From positions 5,544 through 69,543 of the forward strand of contig JBGPLG010000001.1 of the NCBI GenBank assembly GCA_041486305.1: a DNA stretch of 64,000 nt. Direction: 5' to 3'. This DNA comes from Gemmatimonadota bacterium. Lineage in GTDB: Bacteria > Gemmatimonadota > Gemmatimonadetes > Gemmatimonadales > GWC2-71-9. How positions within the stretch are numbered: position 1 is the first letter of the stretch; each line of letters starts with the position of its first letter. A model generated the notes under the pieces. The model had not been told where the DNA came from, made no database searches, and saw only the letters and a program-made list of their open reading frames with translations. This document shows, piece by piece, positions 53,923 to 63,296 of this stretch. The translations under genes and the position numbers were made by a program.

Positions 53923-56900
53923 GTGCCAAACGCAACGAACCACCCCATTTCGGCATCGAATGGGGTATCCCCTGGCAAGGTCGTGGCAGTGACCGACACC
54001 GAGCTCTTCCAGACCCTGGTTCGGACGCTGGGCCAGCAATACCGGCTCGAGCGGGAAGTCGGGCGGGGAGGGATGGGCGTGGTGTTCCTAGCCACCGACC
54101 TGGCTCTTGACCGTCGGGTCGCGGTCAAAGTCATCCATCCTGACTTGGTCGTGAATCGGGCGCTGGCCGCCCGCTTCCTGGCCGAGGCCCGGCTGGTGGC
54201 GCGGATCCGCCATCCGAACATCGTCACGGTGCATGCGGCCGGCGACGCGGAAGGCCACCTCTTCTACGTCATGGATTTTCACGAAGGCGAGACGCTCCGC
54301 CAGCGGCTTCGCCGGGAGCGCCGCCTTCCTGAGGCAGTGGCCGTGTCCATCGCCGCAGACCTGGCGCTGGCGCTGGACGCCGCGGCCGCGACGGGGGTCG
54401 TTCATCGCGACCTCAAGCCGGAGAACATTCTGCTCGAGGGCCCGCCAGAGACCCCGACGGCCCTTCTGGCCGACTTTGGCATCGCCCGCCTGGTGGATGG
54501 TGTGGAGGGACCCACGGGTCCAACGGCCGTCATGGGCACGCCAGCGTATATGAGCCCGGAGCAGGCCGCCGGCGAGGAGATCGACTCCCGCAGCGACCTG
54601 TATTCGCTGGGCGTCGTGGCCTACGAGATGCTCGCTGGCGAGGCGCCGTTTACCGGCCCGGCCCGTATCGTGGTCTCTCGGCAGATCATCGATCCACCGC
54701 CGCCACTCGCCATCGTCCGCCAGGGACTTTCGGCGCCGGTGACCGACGCGGTCATGCGGGCGCTCGAGAAGATCCCGGAAAGCCGCTGGCAAAGCGGCGC
54801 CGCTTTCCGGCGTGCGTTGCTGGGAGAGCCGACACCGCCCGCGCCGGTGCCGCCGGGGAAACGGCGGCGGCGGCGGCGGCTCGGGGTCACGGTGGCGCTG
54901 ATGATCCTGCTCGCGGCCGCGCTCGGGGTTCTGGTGAAGGGCAGGGCAGGGGCACTCCGCGGTGCCAATCCCCGGCTCTCGCTGCTGGTGCTCCCGTTCG
55001 ACAACCTGCGGGACGATCCGGCACTCGCGTGGCTGCACGATGGCAGCGTCAACATGCTGGCTATGGCGCTTTCGCAGTGGCGCGATCTCGGCGTCGTGGA
55101 TCAGGACCGGGTCCACGACCTCTTGAGCCAGGCCAGGGTTCCCGATGACCAGCCGATCGGACTGGCCGAGGCGCGCCGGCTGGCTCGGCAGGCGGGCGCC
55201 GGCACCGTGGTGCTGGGAGACTACGCCCGCGCGGGTGATTCGCTCCGCCTCACTGCGCGCACCTATGACGTGGCCACCGGGGCGCGGGTCGATGTGGTAG
55301 AGTCCGCGGGCCGGGCCACCGACGACGTGCGGCCGTTGTTCGACGAACTGGCGGGCCGCCTGCTCGACCTCTCGGGCGCCCCCTCGGGCCGGCAGAGCCC
55401 CCTCGCCACAGTCACGACGGGATCGCTGGAGGCCTATCGAGCGTACCTGCAGGGCGTCGAGCACCTCAATCACTGGGAGCTGTTGCCCGCCGAGATCTCG
55501 TTCCGGCGCGCGGTGGCGCTCGACAGCACGTTCAGTCTCGCCTATTTCAAGCTCGGGCTCACCAGAGGGTGGGTGCTGGGCGCGGGCGACAGCGCTGGCC
55601 GGAACGCGGTCCTCCAGGCCTCACGATTCGCCGACCGGCTCCCGGAGCGTCAGCGCGGAATGATCGGCGCCTACCGCGCCATGCTCGATGGTGAGTACGA
55701 GCGGTCCCAGCAGCTGTACCGGAACATCCTGGCGCGCGATTCGGCGGACGCCGACGCCTGGTACGGATTGGGGGACGCGTTCTTCCACGACTCGGTCGCG
55801 GGGCTGACGCCGGGAGGCATGACGCGCTCGCTTCAGGCGTTCGGGAAGGCGCTGTCCCTCGATCCTCAGTACGCACTGGCATACGAGCACGTCACCTACC
55901 TGCTGACCGGCGCCGCCGGCCGGACCGCAAGCTATGCGCTGGTGGCTCCCGATTCGTTCGCGGCCACGATGGTGGCGGGAAAGCCTGCGCTCGACAGCAC
56001 TACCCGAGCAGCCGCACTCCGGCGCGCCGGTGCGGCTGCGGTGCGCGCCGCGCGGAACTGGGTCGCCTCTCAGCCGGCTACGGCGCGTGCGCACCATGCG
56101 CTCTTCGAGGCCTATTTTGCGAGCGAGGACTGGAACCAGGCTTCGCTCGAGGTCGCCGAGCTGGGGCGTTTGCTGCCGCCGGCGGGTCGCGGCCTTGCGG
56201 CCTTTCTCGAGGCCCGGGTGCGCTTCGCCAGGGGAGAGGCGCGCTCGGCCGCGACCCTGGTGCGGAGCACCACCGCCTCGTTCGGCGGCCGTGCGCCGGC
56301 ACTGCCCGATTTCGGGAGGGAATTCGTCTCCGACGTGATGGCCGGAGCGAACACCCTGGCCTATCAAGGCGATCTCGATGGCGCGGCGGACGTCATTGCG
56401 CTGGGCGACGCGATCCGCCGGGCAACGCTGATTCCCGCGAGCTCACCGACGATCTGGGACCAGGACGATGTGTGGCAGTGGTCCCGGCTGGCCCAGTTGT
56501 ACAGCGCGGCGGGCGGGCCGGCTCGGGAGCTCCGACGGGTCTGGTCCGATGTGGTGGAGGCGGCCAGGCGGGCGCCTGCGGCGGATCGCGCCAGCGTGGC
56601 CGGGGCGGGGGCCGCCGCCGCGGTCGGGCTGCTCCTCGGCGCGGAACCGGACAGCCGCCCGCTGGCCGAGCTGGAGACGTTGACCGGCCGATCCGCCTCT
56701 CCCGAGGTGCGGGCCCTCGCGGCGCTGGCGCGGGGCGACAGCGCGGTGGCCCGACAGGCGCTGGCCGATTCCGGCAGGCGGCCGGATCAGCCGGTGACCA
56801 AGACCGACGCGATCTACCTGGGCGTCGCCTGGAACGATCCCCGGCCGCTCGAGGCGGAGGCACGGTACCAGCTGGGCGACTACCGGGGCGCGATCGACAT

Positions 56901-57195
56901 GCTCCAGTCGTTCACCGAGACCCAGTTGTTCCGACGCGGATTCGACTCGCGCTGGGGCATCCTGGGCCGGGTGCACCTGCTGCGGGGCCTGGCCTACGAA
57001 CGGCTGGGCGAACCGGATCGTGCCACCCGCGAGTTCAGGGAGGTGGTCGTCGCCTGGCAGGGCGCCGACGAGCCGCTGCTGACCTTCGTCCAGCAGGCGC
57101 AGGCGGGCCTGGCTCGCTTGCGGGGATCGGTCGAGACCAAGAGCGAGGCGGCGATCGAGCCGCCGGGTTGCTCGGGGTGCAGCGGTATCCGCTAG
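53923..57195 (+). CDS. membrane Ser/Thr protein kinase with a large extracytoplasmic TPR-rich region
   Basis: Kinase motifs (GRGGMGVV, HRDLKPENI, DFG), one TM helix after an RRRRRR stretch, then TPR-like repeats. The GTG start is uncertain. Confidence 0.85.
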   Translation: MPNATNHPISASNGVSPGKVVAVTDTELFQTLVRTLGQQYRLEREVGRGGMGVVFLATDLALDRRVAVKVIHPDLVVNRALAARFLAEARLVARIRHPNIVTVHAAGDAEGHLFYVMDFHEGETLRQRLRRERRLPEAVAVSIAADLALALDAAAATGVVHRDLKPENILLEGPPETPTALLADFGIARLVDGVEGPTGPTAVMGTPAYMSPEQAAGEEIDSRSDLYSLGVVAYEMLAGEAPFTGPARIVVSRQIIDPPPPLAIVRQGLSAPVTDAVMRALEKIPESRWQSGAAFRRALLGEPTPPAPVPPGKRRRRRRLGVTVALMILLAAALGVLVKGRAGALRGANPRLSLLVLPFDNLRDDPALAWLHDGSVNMLAMALSQWRDLGVVDQDRVHDLLSQARVPDDQPIGLAEARRLARQAGAGTVVLGDYARAGDSLRLTARTYDVATGARVDVVESAGRATDDVRPLFDELAGRLLDLSGAPSGRQSPLATVTTGSLEAYRAYLQGVEHLNHWELLPAEISFRRAVALDSTFSLAYFKLGLTRGWVLGAGDSAGRNAVLQASRFADRLPERQRGMIGAYRAMLDGEYERSQQLYRNILARDSADADAWYGLGDAFFHDSVAGLTPGGMTRSLQAFGKALSLDPQYALAYEHVTYLLTGAAGRTASYALVAPDSFAATMVAGKPALDSTTRAAALRRAGAAAVRAARNWVASQPATARAHHALFEAYFASEDWNQASLEVAELGRLLPPAGRGLAAFLEARVRFARGEARSAATLVRSTTASFGGRAPALPDFGREFVSDVMAGANTLAYQGDLDGAADVIALGDAIRRATLIPASSPTIWDQDDVWQWSRLAQLYSAAGGPARELRRVWSDVVEAARRAPAADRASVAGAGAAAAVGLLLGAEPDSRPLAELETLTGRSASPEVRALAALARGDSAVARQALADSGRRPDQPVTKTDAIYLGVAWNDPRPLEAEARYQLGDYRGAIDMLQSFTETQLFRRGFDSRWGILGRVHLLRGLAYERLGEPDRATREFREVVVAWQGADEPLLTFVQQAQAGLARLRGSVETKSEAAIEPPGCSGCSGIR

Positions 57196-57224
57196 CCAGG
57201 GCGGCGCTTCCACCGTATAGTTCT

Positions 57225-57610
57225 GGCACGGGTCGAACGCGATGGTCGCGGGGGAACGCGAGTTCCCCCGAGGAAAGTCCGAGCTCCAACGGGTAGACTG
57301 CCAGGTAACGCCTGGGCGCCGAGAGGCGACGGACAGGGCCACAGAAAACAGACCGCCTCACGCAAGTGAGGTAAGGGTGAAACGGTGGGGTAAGAGCCCA
57401 CCGCGCTCCTGGCAACAGCGAGCGGCACGGCAACCCCCAGTCGGAGCAAGGCCAAATAGGCGGCGAGGTGTGGCCCACACCGACAACACCGGCAACGGTG
57501 AGCCGCGGGTAGGCTGCTCGAGGTGGCCGGCGACGGCCATCCCAGACAGATGACCATCCTTCGCGCGGAAGCGCGGGGAACAGAACTCGGCTTACGGTTC
57601 GACCCGTGCC
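57225..57610 (+). ncRNA. rnpB: RNase P RNA, bacterial type A
   Basis: Universal elements are present: GAGGAAAGTCCGAGCTCC, ACAGAAAACAGACCGCC, GGTAAGGGTGAAA, GGTAAGAGCCCACC, CAGACAGATGA and ACAGAACTCGGCTTAC. The P1 helix pairs GGCACGGGTCGAAC with GTTCGACCCGTGCC. A TATAGT -10-like box lies at 57216-57221. Confidence 0.92.
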
Positions 57611-57646
57611 CCCGGCGTCCCCCAAGGACGCCGGGGGTTGAAGTTT
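57609..57646 (+). terminator. Rho-independent terminator after rnpB
   Basis: CCCCCGGCGTCC-CCCAA-GGACGCCGGGGG followed by TTGAAGTTT. Confidence 0.8.
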
Positions 57647-57705
57647 GGTAGCTTTCGACTTCCTGGCGGGAACCGGCCCGCCCACTCATCCAAGCGAGGT
57701 GTTCC

Positions 57706-58500
57706 ATGTCGGTCCGTTCCACGATGCTTGCGTCGCTGGCCCTGATGCCATTCGCCCTGCCAGCGACGCCCCCGGCGGCGAGCACCACGCGATACCGCTT
57801 CGACCTCAAGGTGGAGACGACGGTGGACCTGAGCGTGGTCGGCGCCCCGACCCAGGTCACCAATCTCGGCCTCAACGCCTGGGTCGTGATGACGCTCAGC
57901 GACAGCGCGGGCGGCAAGGTCGTCCACGTCATCGTCGACTCGCTCAAGGTGGATACGACGATTCCGCAGATCACCCCCGCGACCATCGACAGCGCGAAAG
58001 GGGGCATGGTCCATGGCTGGGTCGACCCTACCGGTCACATCAAGAACGTCACCGGTACGCCGAGCGGGAACCCGCTGCTCGCGTCGGTGCAGGGGGTCGT
58101 CAACGCGCTCTTCCCCCGGGTCAAGGCCGGCACCAAGGCGGGCGATCACTGGGTCGACACGACCGAGGTGTCCAACTCCGGAGAAGGAAACAACACCAAG
58201 GTCAAGCTCGTTCTGAACTACGCCGCGGAGGGCAACGAGACCGTGGCCGGGCTGCCGGCCACCAAGGTGACGGCGAGCAGTACTTCCACCGTGTCGGGCA
58301 CCATGGAGAACGCGATGGCCGGCACCATGGAGGTCGAGGGGAACGGCACCGGGACCGGAACATTCTCCATTGGAACCGACGGCCGATTCCTGGGCGGCAC
58401 CTTGGCGTCCACGATTGACCAGCGACTGAAGGTCGCGATGGCACCGGCGCCGATCCCGGTCAAGACGATCCAGTCGCTCACCGTCACCCTGCTCAAGTGA
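57706..58500 (+). CDS. secreted hypothetical protein, paralog 1 of a tandem pair
   Basis: Signal peptide (LASLALMPFALPA) and a beta-rich, Thr/Gly/Val-rich body. I recognise no family. Confidence 0.6.
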   Translation: MSVRSTMLASLALMPFALPATPPAASTTRYRFDLKVETTVDLSVVGAPTQVTNLGLNAWVVMTLSDSAGGKVVHVIVDSLKVDTTIPQITPATIDSAKGGMVHGWVDPTGHIKNVTGTPSGNPLLASVQGVVNALFPRVKAGTKAGDHWVDTTEVSNSGEGNNTKVKLVLNYAAEGNETVAGLPATKVTASSTSTVSGTMENAMAGTMEVEGNGTGTGTFSIGTDGRFLGGTLASTIDQRLKVAMAPAPIPVKTIQSLTVTLLK

Positions 58501-59360
58501 GACCAGGCTTTCTGGGTGCCTGCGCGGCGGCCCTGGTGGGCGCGTGCGCAGGTACCAAGGGCTCGGCGCCGCCGGAGCCGGTCAGCGGAGCCCAGCCCAT
58601 AGCGGTACCGGCGGCGCCGAGCCCCCCGATCCACTACCGTCTGCGCACCCCCTTGGTGTATGAAGTGGAGCGATATGACAGCCTGTTCTACGCCAGCATG
58701 CCGGGCGCACCCCAGGCAACCGCCAAACGTGCCGTTCTGACTGCCCTGCCGCTCACCAGCCGGGGCAGTGACGTTGAAGTCCGGCTCGATTCCCTGTTGG
58801 CGCTTGAGGACACCCGGCTGACCTCGACTAGCGTCGACAGCAGCGTCGGGCGCCGCTGGCAATTCACGCTCGGCCCGACCGGCCCCAAAGGGGTGATGCT
58901 GGGGGGTCATCCGACGATTCTCTCGGGCCAAATCGAGGCGATCGTCAGGTTGTTGTTTCCGCAACTACCGTCGGAAGGCCTCCGGAGTCTGGATACCTGG
59001 AGCGATTCGACCTCGTACCGAGTGCAGCTTGATGCCTTCGATGCGTTCGAGACGGCGGTCCGGACCAGTCAGTCGGTGCCAGGCGTCGCGCAGACCGGCC
59101 AAGGCTCCGGGGTGTCGGTGGAGGCAAACGAGCGGCTCACCCGCACCGGCACGGCGATGCAGGCCGGCCAGGTCATGACCCTTAGAGGCGCTGGACTGCG
59201 CCGGTTGCGCTACGAGTTTGGTTCGGATGGCTGGGTCAGCGCCCTGACCGCACGAGACTCGCTCGACCTGGTCGTGACGGTCGGACCGGCGGGCGAAACG
59301 GTTCCCGTCCGCTGGCGCTCGACTCTGATCGGTCGACTGCGTGACCTACCCGTTCGCTGA
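58497..59360 (+). CDS. hypothetical lipoprotein, paralog 2 of a tandem pair
   Basis: The GTG start overlaps the previous stop (GTGA). Lipobox LVGACAG. Several blocks align by eye with paralog 1 (YR.., VDSL/LDSL, LFP, ..SDG../..TDG..). Confidence 0.6.
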   Translation: MRPGFLGACAAALVGACAGTKGSAPPEPVSGAQPIAVPAAPSPPIHYRLRTPLVYEVERYDSLFYASMPGAPQATAKRAVLTALPLTSRGSDVEVRLDSLLALEDTRLTSTSVDSSVGRRWQFTLGPTGPKGVMLGGHPTILSGQIEAIVRLLFPQLPSEGLRSLDTWSDSTSYRVQLDAFDAFETAVRTSQSVPGVAQTGQGSGVSVEANERLTRTGTAMQAGQVMTLRGAGLRRLRYEFGSDGWVSALTARDSLDLVVTVGPAGETVPVRWRSTLIGRLRDLPVR

Positions 59361-60225
59361 ACCGGAGGTACCCGCGGAGAGGCGCCGCGGTGGCTTTCGG
59401 GCGCTCAAGCGGATTGCTCGGTACGCCTGCCTCCTGTTCTTCGCCTGGCTCTGGTTCCTGTGGCCGCCGCCAGTCTGGTACCGGTGGGCCTGGCCCAGAC
59501 AAACGGCGTTCATGGCCATGCGCCGCGGTGAGGAGCGCCAGGTGCTCACGAGGGGCCTTGCCAAGGGCGAGCTGCCCAGGCGGCTGTACCAGCCGGTGGC
59601 GATCGAGCTGATCGCGCCGGTGGCGAAGACCGCAGCGCTGGTGGCGGAGGATCACCGCTTCTACGAGCACGCCGGTATCGACTACGTGGAGTTCCGCCAC
59701 GCCCTGGGCTATCGACCGGACGATTTTTCGGTGGGAAGCGCGCGCGATCGAGCCGAGCTGTGGCGGGCCCTGGAGCGGAGCCTGGCGGGGAAGGGACGGA
59801 TGCGGGGCGCCAGCACGATCACCCAGCAACTGGCCAAGAATCTCTACCTGTCCCCTTCACGCAACCCGCTCCGGAAGGTGAAGGAGGCGGTGACCGCCTG
59901 GCGGCTGGAGTACTGGCTGGGGAAAGAGCGGATCCTCGAACTGTACCTCAACGTCGTGGAGCTCGGGCCCGAGGTGTGGGGAGTCGAGGCGGCGAGCCGG
60001 AAGTATTTCGGCCACCCGGCACGCCAGCTGACGCTGGACGAGGCGGCCGCGCTCGCCGGCTCGCTGCCGTTCCCACTCAAGTCGAATCCGGGGTACCGTC
60101 CGGGCCGGATGCGCTGGCGTCAGGCGATGATCCTTCGCCGGGTGCGGGGAGAGAAGGTCGAGATTCCGAGGACGGCGGAGGAAGTCGATTCGGTAAGGCC
60201 GGATACCACCGGAATCCAGTACTGA
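59341..60225 (+). CDS. mtgA: monofunctional biosynthetic peptidoglycan transglycosylase (GT51)
   Basis: N-terminal TM helix. EDHRFYEHAGID, GASTITQQLAKN and RKVKEA motifs. Overlaps the preceding gene by 20 nt. Confidence 0.87.
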   Translation: MTYPFAEPEVPAERRRGGFRALKRIARYACLLFFAWLWFLWPPPVWYRWAWPRQTAFMAMRRGEERQVLTRGLAKGELPRRLYQPVAIELIAPVAKTAALVAEDHRFYEHAGIDYVEFRHALGYRPDDFSVGSARDRAELWRALERSLAGKGRMRGASTITQQLAKNLYLSPSRNPLRKVKEAVTAWRLEYWLGKERILELYLNVVELGPEVWGVEAASRKYFGHPARQLTLDEAAALAGSLPFPLKSNPGYRPGRMRWRQAMILRRVRGEKVEIPRTAEEVDSVRPDTTGIQY

Positions 60226-60243
60226 CGTCGCCCGAACGGGGCA

Positions 60244-60267
60244 CGGGAGACGCATCGTTGTCTCCCG
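60244..60267. terminator. hairpin between convergent mtgA and dnaN
   Basis: CGGGAGAC-N8-GTCTCCCG, with additional flanking complementarity. Confidence 0.6.
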
Positions 60268-60274
60268 CGGGGCG

Positions 60275-61387
60275 TCAATCCACCAGCCGAAGCGGCATCA
60301 CCAGCGTCATGAAGCTCGCCGGATCATCCCAGCCCACCGGCTCGCAGGTCGCGGCGCGCTCGGGGGCTTTGAAGGTCATGCGTACCTCGTCGGTGGGCAT
60401 GTACTTCAGGATCTCGAGCATGTAGGCCGCGTTGAAGCCGATTTCCAGGGAGTCGCCCTCGTAGGCTACCGCCAGTTCCTCCTGGGCCTCGCCCAGGTCC
60501 GGGGTCTGGACCGACATCTTGCAGGCGCCGTTGGTGAACGCCATCCGGATCCGGTGGGTCTGGTCACTCGCCACGATGCTCATACGGCGGAGGGCCGCGG
60601 CCAGCGCGGCTTTATCGGCAGTGAGGCTCTTGTCGTTCTCCCGCGGGATTACCTGTTCGTAGTTTGGGTAGGGGCCCTCGATCAGACGGGTGTAGATCTG
60701 CGTGGTGGTCGATCGGAACCCGAGGTGGTTGTCGCTCTTCCCGATTTCGATCTCCTCGTCGCCCCCGAAGAGCCGGCGAATCTGATCCAGCGCCTTGGGC
60801 GGGATGATCAGATCCGCCTGTCCGCCGCCCTGGCCGCTGGTCGGTACATCCATGCGCGCCAGTCGGTGCCCGTTGGTGGCGACCATCCGCATCCGGTCGG
60901 CGCGGAGCTCCCAGAGCACCCCGTTCAGAATCGGGCGGCTCTCCTCGGTGCTGGCGGCAAAGGCGACGTGGCTGATCAGCTTCTGCAGATCCTTGGCCGC
61001 CACCTTCCAGCCCCCCTCGAACTTGACGGTGGGGAAGGCGGGGAACTCGTCCCGGGACAGGCCCAGGAGCTTGAACTTGGACTTGCCGCACTCGATGCTG
61101 GCGCGCTGCTCGCCGGAGCTGGTCATCCGGATAGCGGCGTTGGGGAGCTCCTTCACGATCTCGACCAGTTTGCGGGCCGGGAGCGTCGTGGCGCCCTCCT
61201 GGTCAACCGAGGCCGGTATGGTGGTGCTCACCGAGATGTCGAGATCCGTGCCGGAGAGCTTGAGCCCGTCCTTGGATGCCTCGACCAGAATGTTGGCCAG
61301 CACGGGAAGCGTAGTCTTCGAAGGCACGCTTGCCGCGACCGCCCCGAGACCTTCATGGAGTTTTTCCCGCGTGATCGTGAACTTCAT
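60275..61387 (-). CDS. dnaN: DNA polymerase III beta sliding clamp
   Basis: Starts at MKFTITREKL (61387). Full-length three-domain DnaN similarity. Confidence 0.96.
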   Translation of the reverse strand: MKFTITREKLHEGLGAVAASVPSKTTLPVLANILVEASKDGLKLSGTDLDISVSTTIPASVDQEGATTLPARKLVEIVKELPNAAIRMTSSGEQRASIECGKSKFKLLGLSRDEFPAFPTVKFEGGWKVAAKDLQKLISHVAFAASTEESRPILNGVLWELRADRMRMVATNGHRLARMDVPTSGQGGGQADLIIPPKALDQIRRLFGGDEEIEIGKSDNHLGFRSTTTQIYTRLIEGPYPNYEQVIPRENDKSLTADKAALAAALRRMSIVASDQTHRIRMAFTNGACKMSVQTPDLGEAQEELAVAYEGDSLEIGFNAAYMLEILKYMPTDEVRMTFKAPERAATCEPVGWDDPASFMTLVMPLRLVD

Positions 61388-61610
61388 CCGAAAGCTCCCC
61401 GCAAAGCCCAATAAGAAGAGACTACTTACAGATAGTTATACCTAGCAGCAGTAGTAGAGGAGCTGAAGATGTGGACATGGTCCGCAAGTGACGTGTCCAC
61501 CGGCTCATCCCTTGTTTGGTCGCGTGGGGATCGTGTTGGCATTGGGGATAGATGCGCCCCCGCTGTGCCCTTATCCCCGATCGTCCACAGGACCACATAC
61601 GCCGAAGCGA
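61388..61610. other. candidate oriC module (dnaA-dnaN spacer): AT-rich patch plus a cluster of degenerate DnaA boxes
   Basis: AT-rich stretch at about 61410-61460. 9-mers matching TTATCCACA/TGTGGATAA at 7/9: 61470-78 TGTGGACAT, 61543-51 TGGGGATAG, 61571-79 TTATCCCCG, 61581-89 TCGTCCACA. Weaker 6/9 matches at 61493-501 and 61525-33. Confidence 0.5.
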
Positions 61611-62996
61611 TTACGGTGCGTACAACTCCTGCCGAGCGGACTCAACGCGTTCGCGGAACTGACGATCGCGCTGCAACTGTCGCTGCACCTTGTCCACACT
61701 GTGAATCACGGTTGAGTGGTCCCGTCCTCCGAAAGCCTGCCCGATTTCCACGAGCTGCATCTGCAGCACTTCGCGCGCGAGGTACATTGCAATCTGACGC
61801 GGCACGGTGAGCGTCTTGATGCGCGCCTTGGAGCGGAGCCCTTCCGGTGTCACCCCCCAGCGCCGGGCCACGACGTCCTGCACCTTGTCGATGGTCGGAC
61901 TCTGTTTGGGCAACGCACCGGACTGCTCCTGCCCAGGCCGGATCTTGTCGGCCAGGGCCTCGCGGGCCAGGTCGATAGTGATCTCGCGATGCCGGAGCGA
62001 CGCGTAGAGAAGGAGCTTGATGATGCAGCCCTCGAGCTCCCGCACATTCGAGTGCACGTATTCCGCGATGAAGCTCAGGACTTCATCAGGAATCGTCGTT
62101 TCGAGGTGATCCTGCTCCTGTTTCTTGCGCAGGATGGCGATCCGGTGCTCGAGGTCCGGCTGGCCCACATCGGCCACCATGCCCCATTCGAACCGACTGA
62201 CCAGCCGCGCCTCGAGACCCGGCATTTCCTTGGGGGGCCGGTCCGAGGTCAGGACGATCTGTCTCTTGGCCTCGTAGAGGGTGTTGAACGTGTGAAAGAA
62301 CTCTTCCTGAGTGGCTTCCTTGCCCTCGAGGAAGTGCACGTCGTCCACCAGGAACAGGTCCACGTCGTTGCGATAGCGGCGCCGGAGCTCCGGCATGGTG
62401 CGAGAGTGGATGCTCTCGATCACTTCGTTGATGAACTGCTCGGCCCCGACGTAGAGCACCCGCACGGAGGGGCTTCTGCGGGTGACGATATGGCCGATGG
62501 CCTGCATGAGATGGGTCTTGCCGAGCCCGGTGGCCCCGTAGATGAACAGGGGGTTGTAGAGCTTTCCGGGGGCCTCCGCGACGGCGTGCGCGGCTGCGGC
62601 GGCCAGCTCGTTGGACTTGCCGATGACGAAATTCTCGAAGGTATAGCGCTCGTTGAGCGGTTGCGCGGGCGCATTGGCCGCCGCCGCCGAGCTCACGGCA
62701 GGGATCGGCGCGACGAAGAAGTCCATCTGGGGGCGCTGCAGCCGATCTTCGTCCACTCGGAAGATGACCGAGACGGGGCGCCCCAGCGCGCGCTCGGCAA
62801 GCCGCGCAAACAGCCCGGAGTTCTTGGCCTCGTTCCATTGCACGGCAAACTCGTCGGGGACGCCCAGGATCAACCGATCGCTCTCCAGCGCGACAGGTTT
62901 GGCGGGCTCAACCCAGGCCTTGAAATCCTTTTCGGGGATTTCGCGGCGAGCGTCGTCCAGGATGCGCGTCCAGGCCTCTTTTAGCGACAGCTGCAT
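61611..62996 (-). CDS. dnaA: chromosomal replication initiator protein DnaA
   Basis: AAA+ motifs (GATGLGKTHL, LVDDVHF) and the domain IV DNA-binding signature (DHSTVIH). Confidence 0.97.
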   Translation of the reverse strand: MQLSLKEAWTRILDDARREIPEKDFKAWVEPAKPVALESDRLILGVPDEFAVQWNEAKNSGLFARLAERALGRPVSVIFRVDEDRLQRPQMDFFVAPIPAVSSAAAANAPAQPLNERYTFENFVIGKSNELAAAAAHAVAEAPGKLYNPLFIYGATGLGKTHLMQAIGHIVTRRSPSVRVLYVGAEQFINEVIESIHSRTMPELRRRYRNDVDLFLVDDVHFLEGKEATQEEFFHTFNTLYEAKRQIVLTSDRPPKEMPGLEARLVSRFEWGMVADVGQPDLEHRIAILRKKQEQDHLETTIPDEVLSFIAEYVHSNVRELEGCIIKLLLYASLRHREITIDLAREALADKIRPGQEQSGALPKQSPTIDKVQDVVARRWGVTPEGLRSKARIKTLTVPRQIAMYLAREVLQMQLVEIGQAFGGRDHSTVIHSVDKVQRQLQRDRQFRERVESARQELYAP

Positions 62997-63058
62997 GCCG
63001 ATCGTTCGGTCGGATGACAGTAGGGATGTTGTTGGGGGAGGCGAAGCTACGACACGCT

Positions 63059-63067
63059 TGTGGAAAA
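63059..63067. promoter_or_regulatory. DnaA box (TGTGGAAAA, 8/9) in the dnaA-rpmH divergent promoter region
   Basis: Best single match to TGTGGATAA in the window. It is followed directly by the palindrome GTCAACCTTGAC, which contains a TTGACC -35-like hexamer for rpmH. Confidence 0.5.
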
Positions 63068-63134
63068 GTCAACCTTGACCGAAGCGGGTTCGCGCGGCTA
63101 ACTTTGCGGGCTCATCGGAGGAGAAGGATTTCGT

Positions 63135-63296
63135 ATGCAGCCGACATATCGCCCTCGCAATCGCAAGCGGATCAACCGCCACGGTTTCCGGGCCCGGATG
63201 GCCGACCGTTGGGGTCGCGAGGTGCTTTCCCGCCGCCGCAAGAAGGGCCGCAAGCGCCTCACGGTCCGGATCCCGTCGAAGCACGGCGGAAGCTGA
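63135..63296 (+). CDS. rpmH: 50S ribosomal protein L34
   Basis: Translates to [64 protein letters not shown] Shine-Dalgarno. Too short for the ORF track. Confidence 0.95.
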   Translation: MQPTYRPRNRKRINRHGFRARMADRWGREVLSRRRKKGRKRLTVRIPSKHGGS

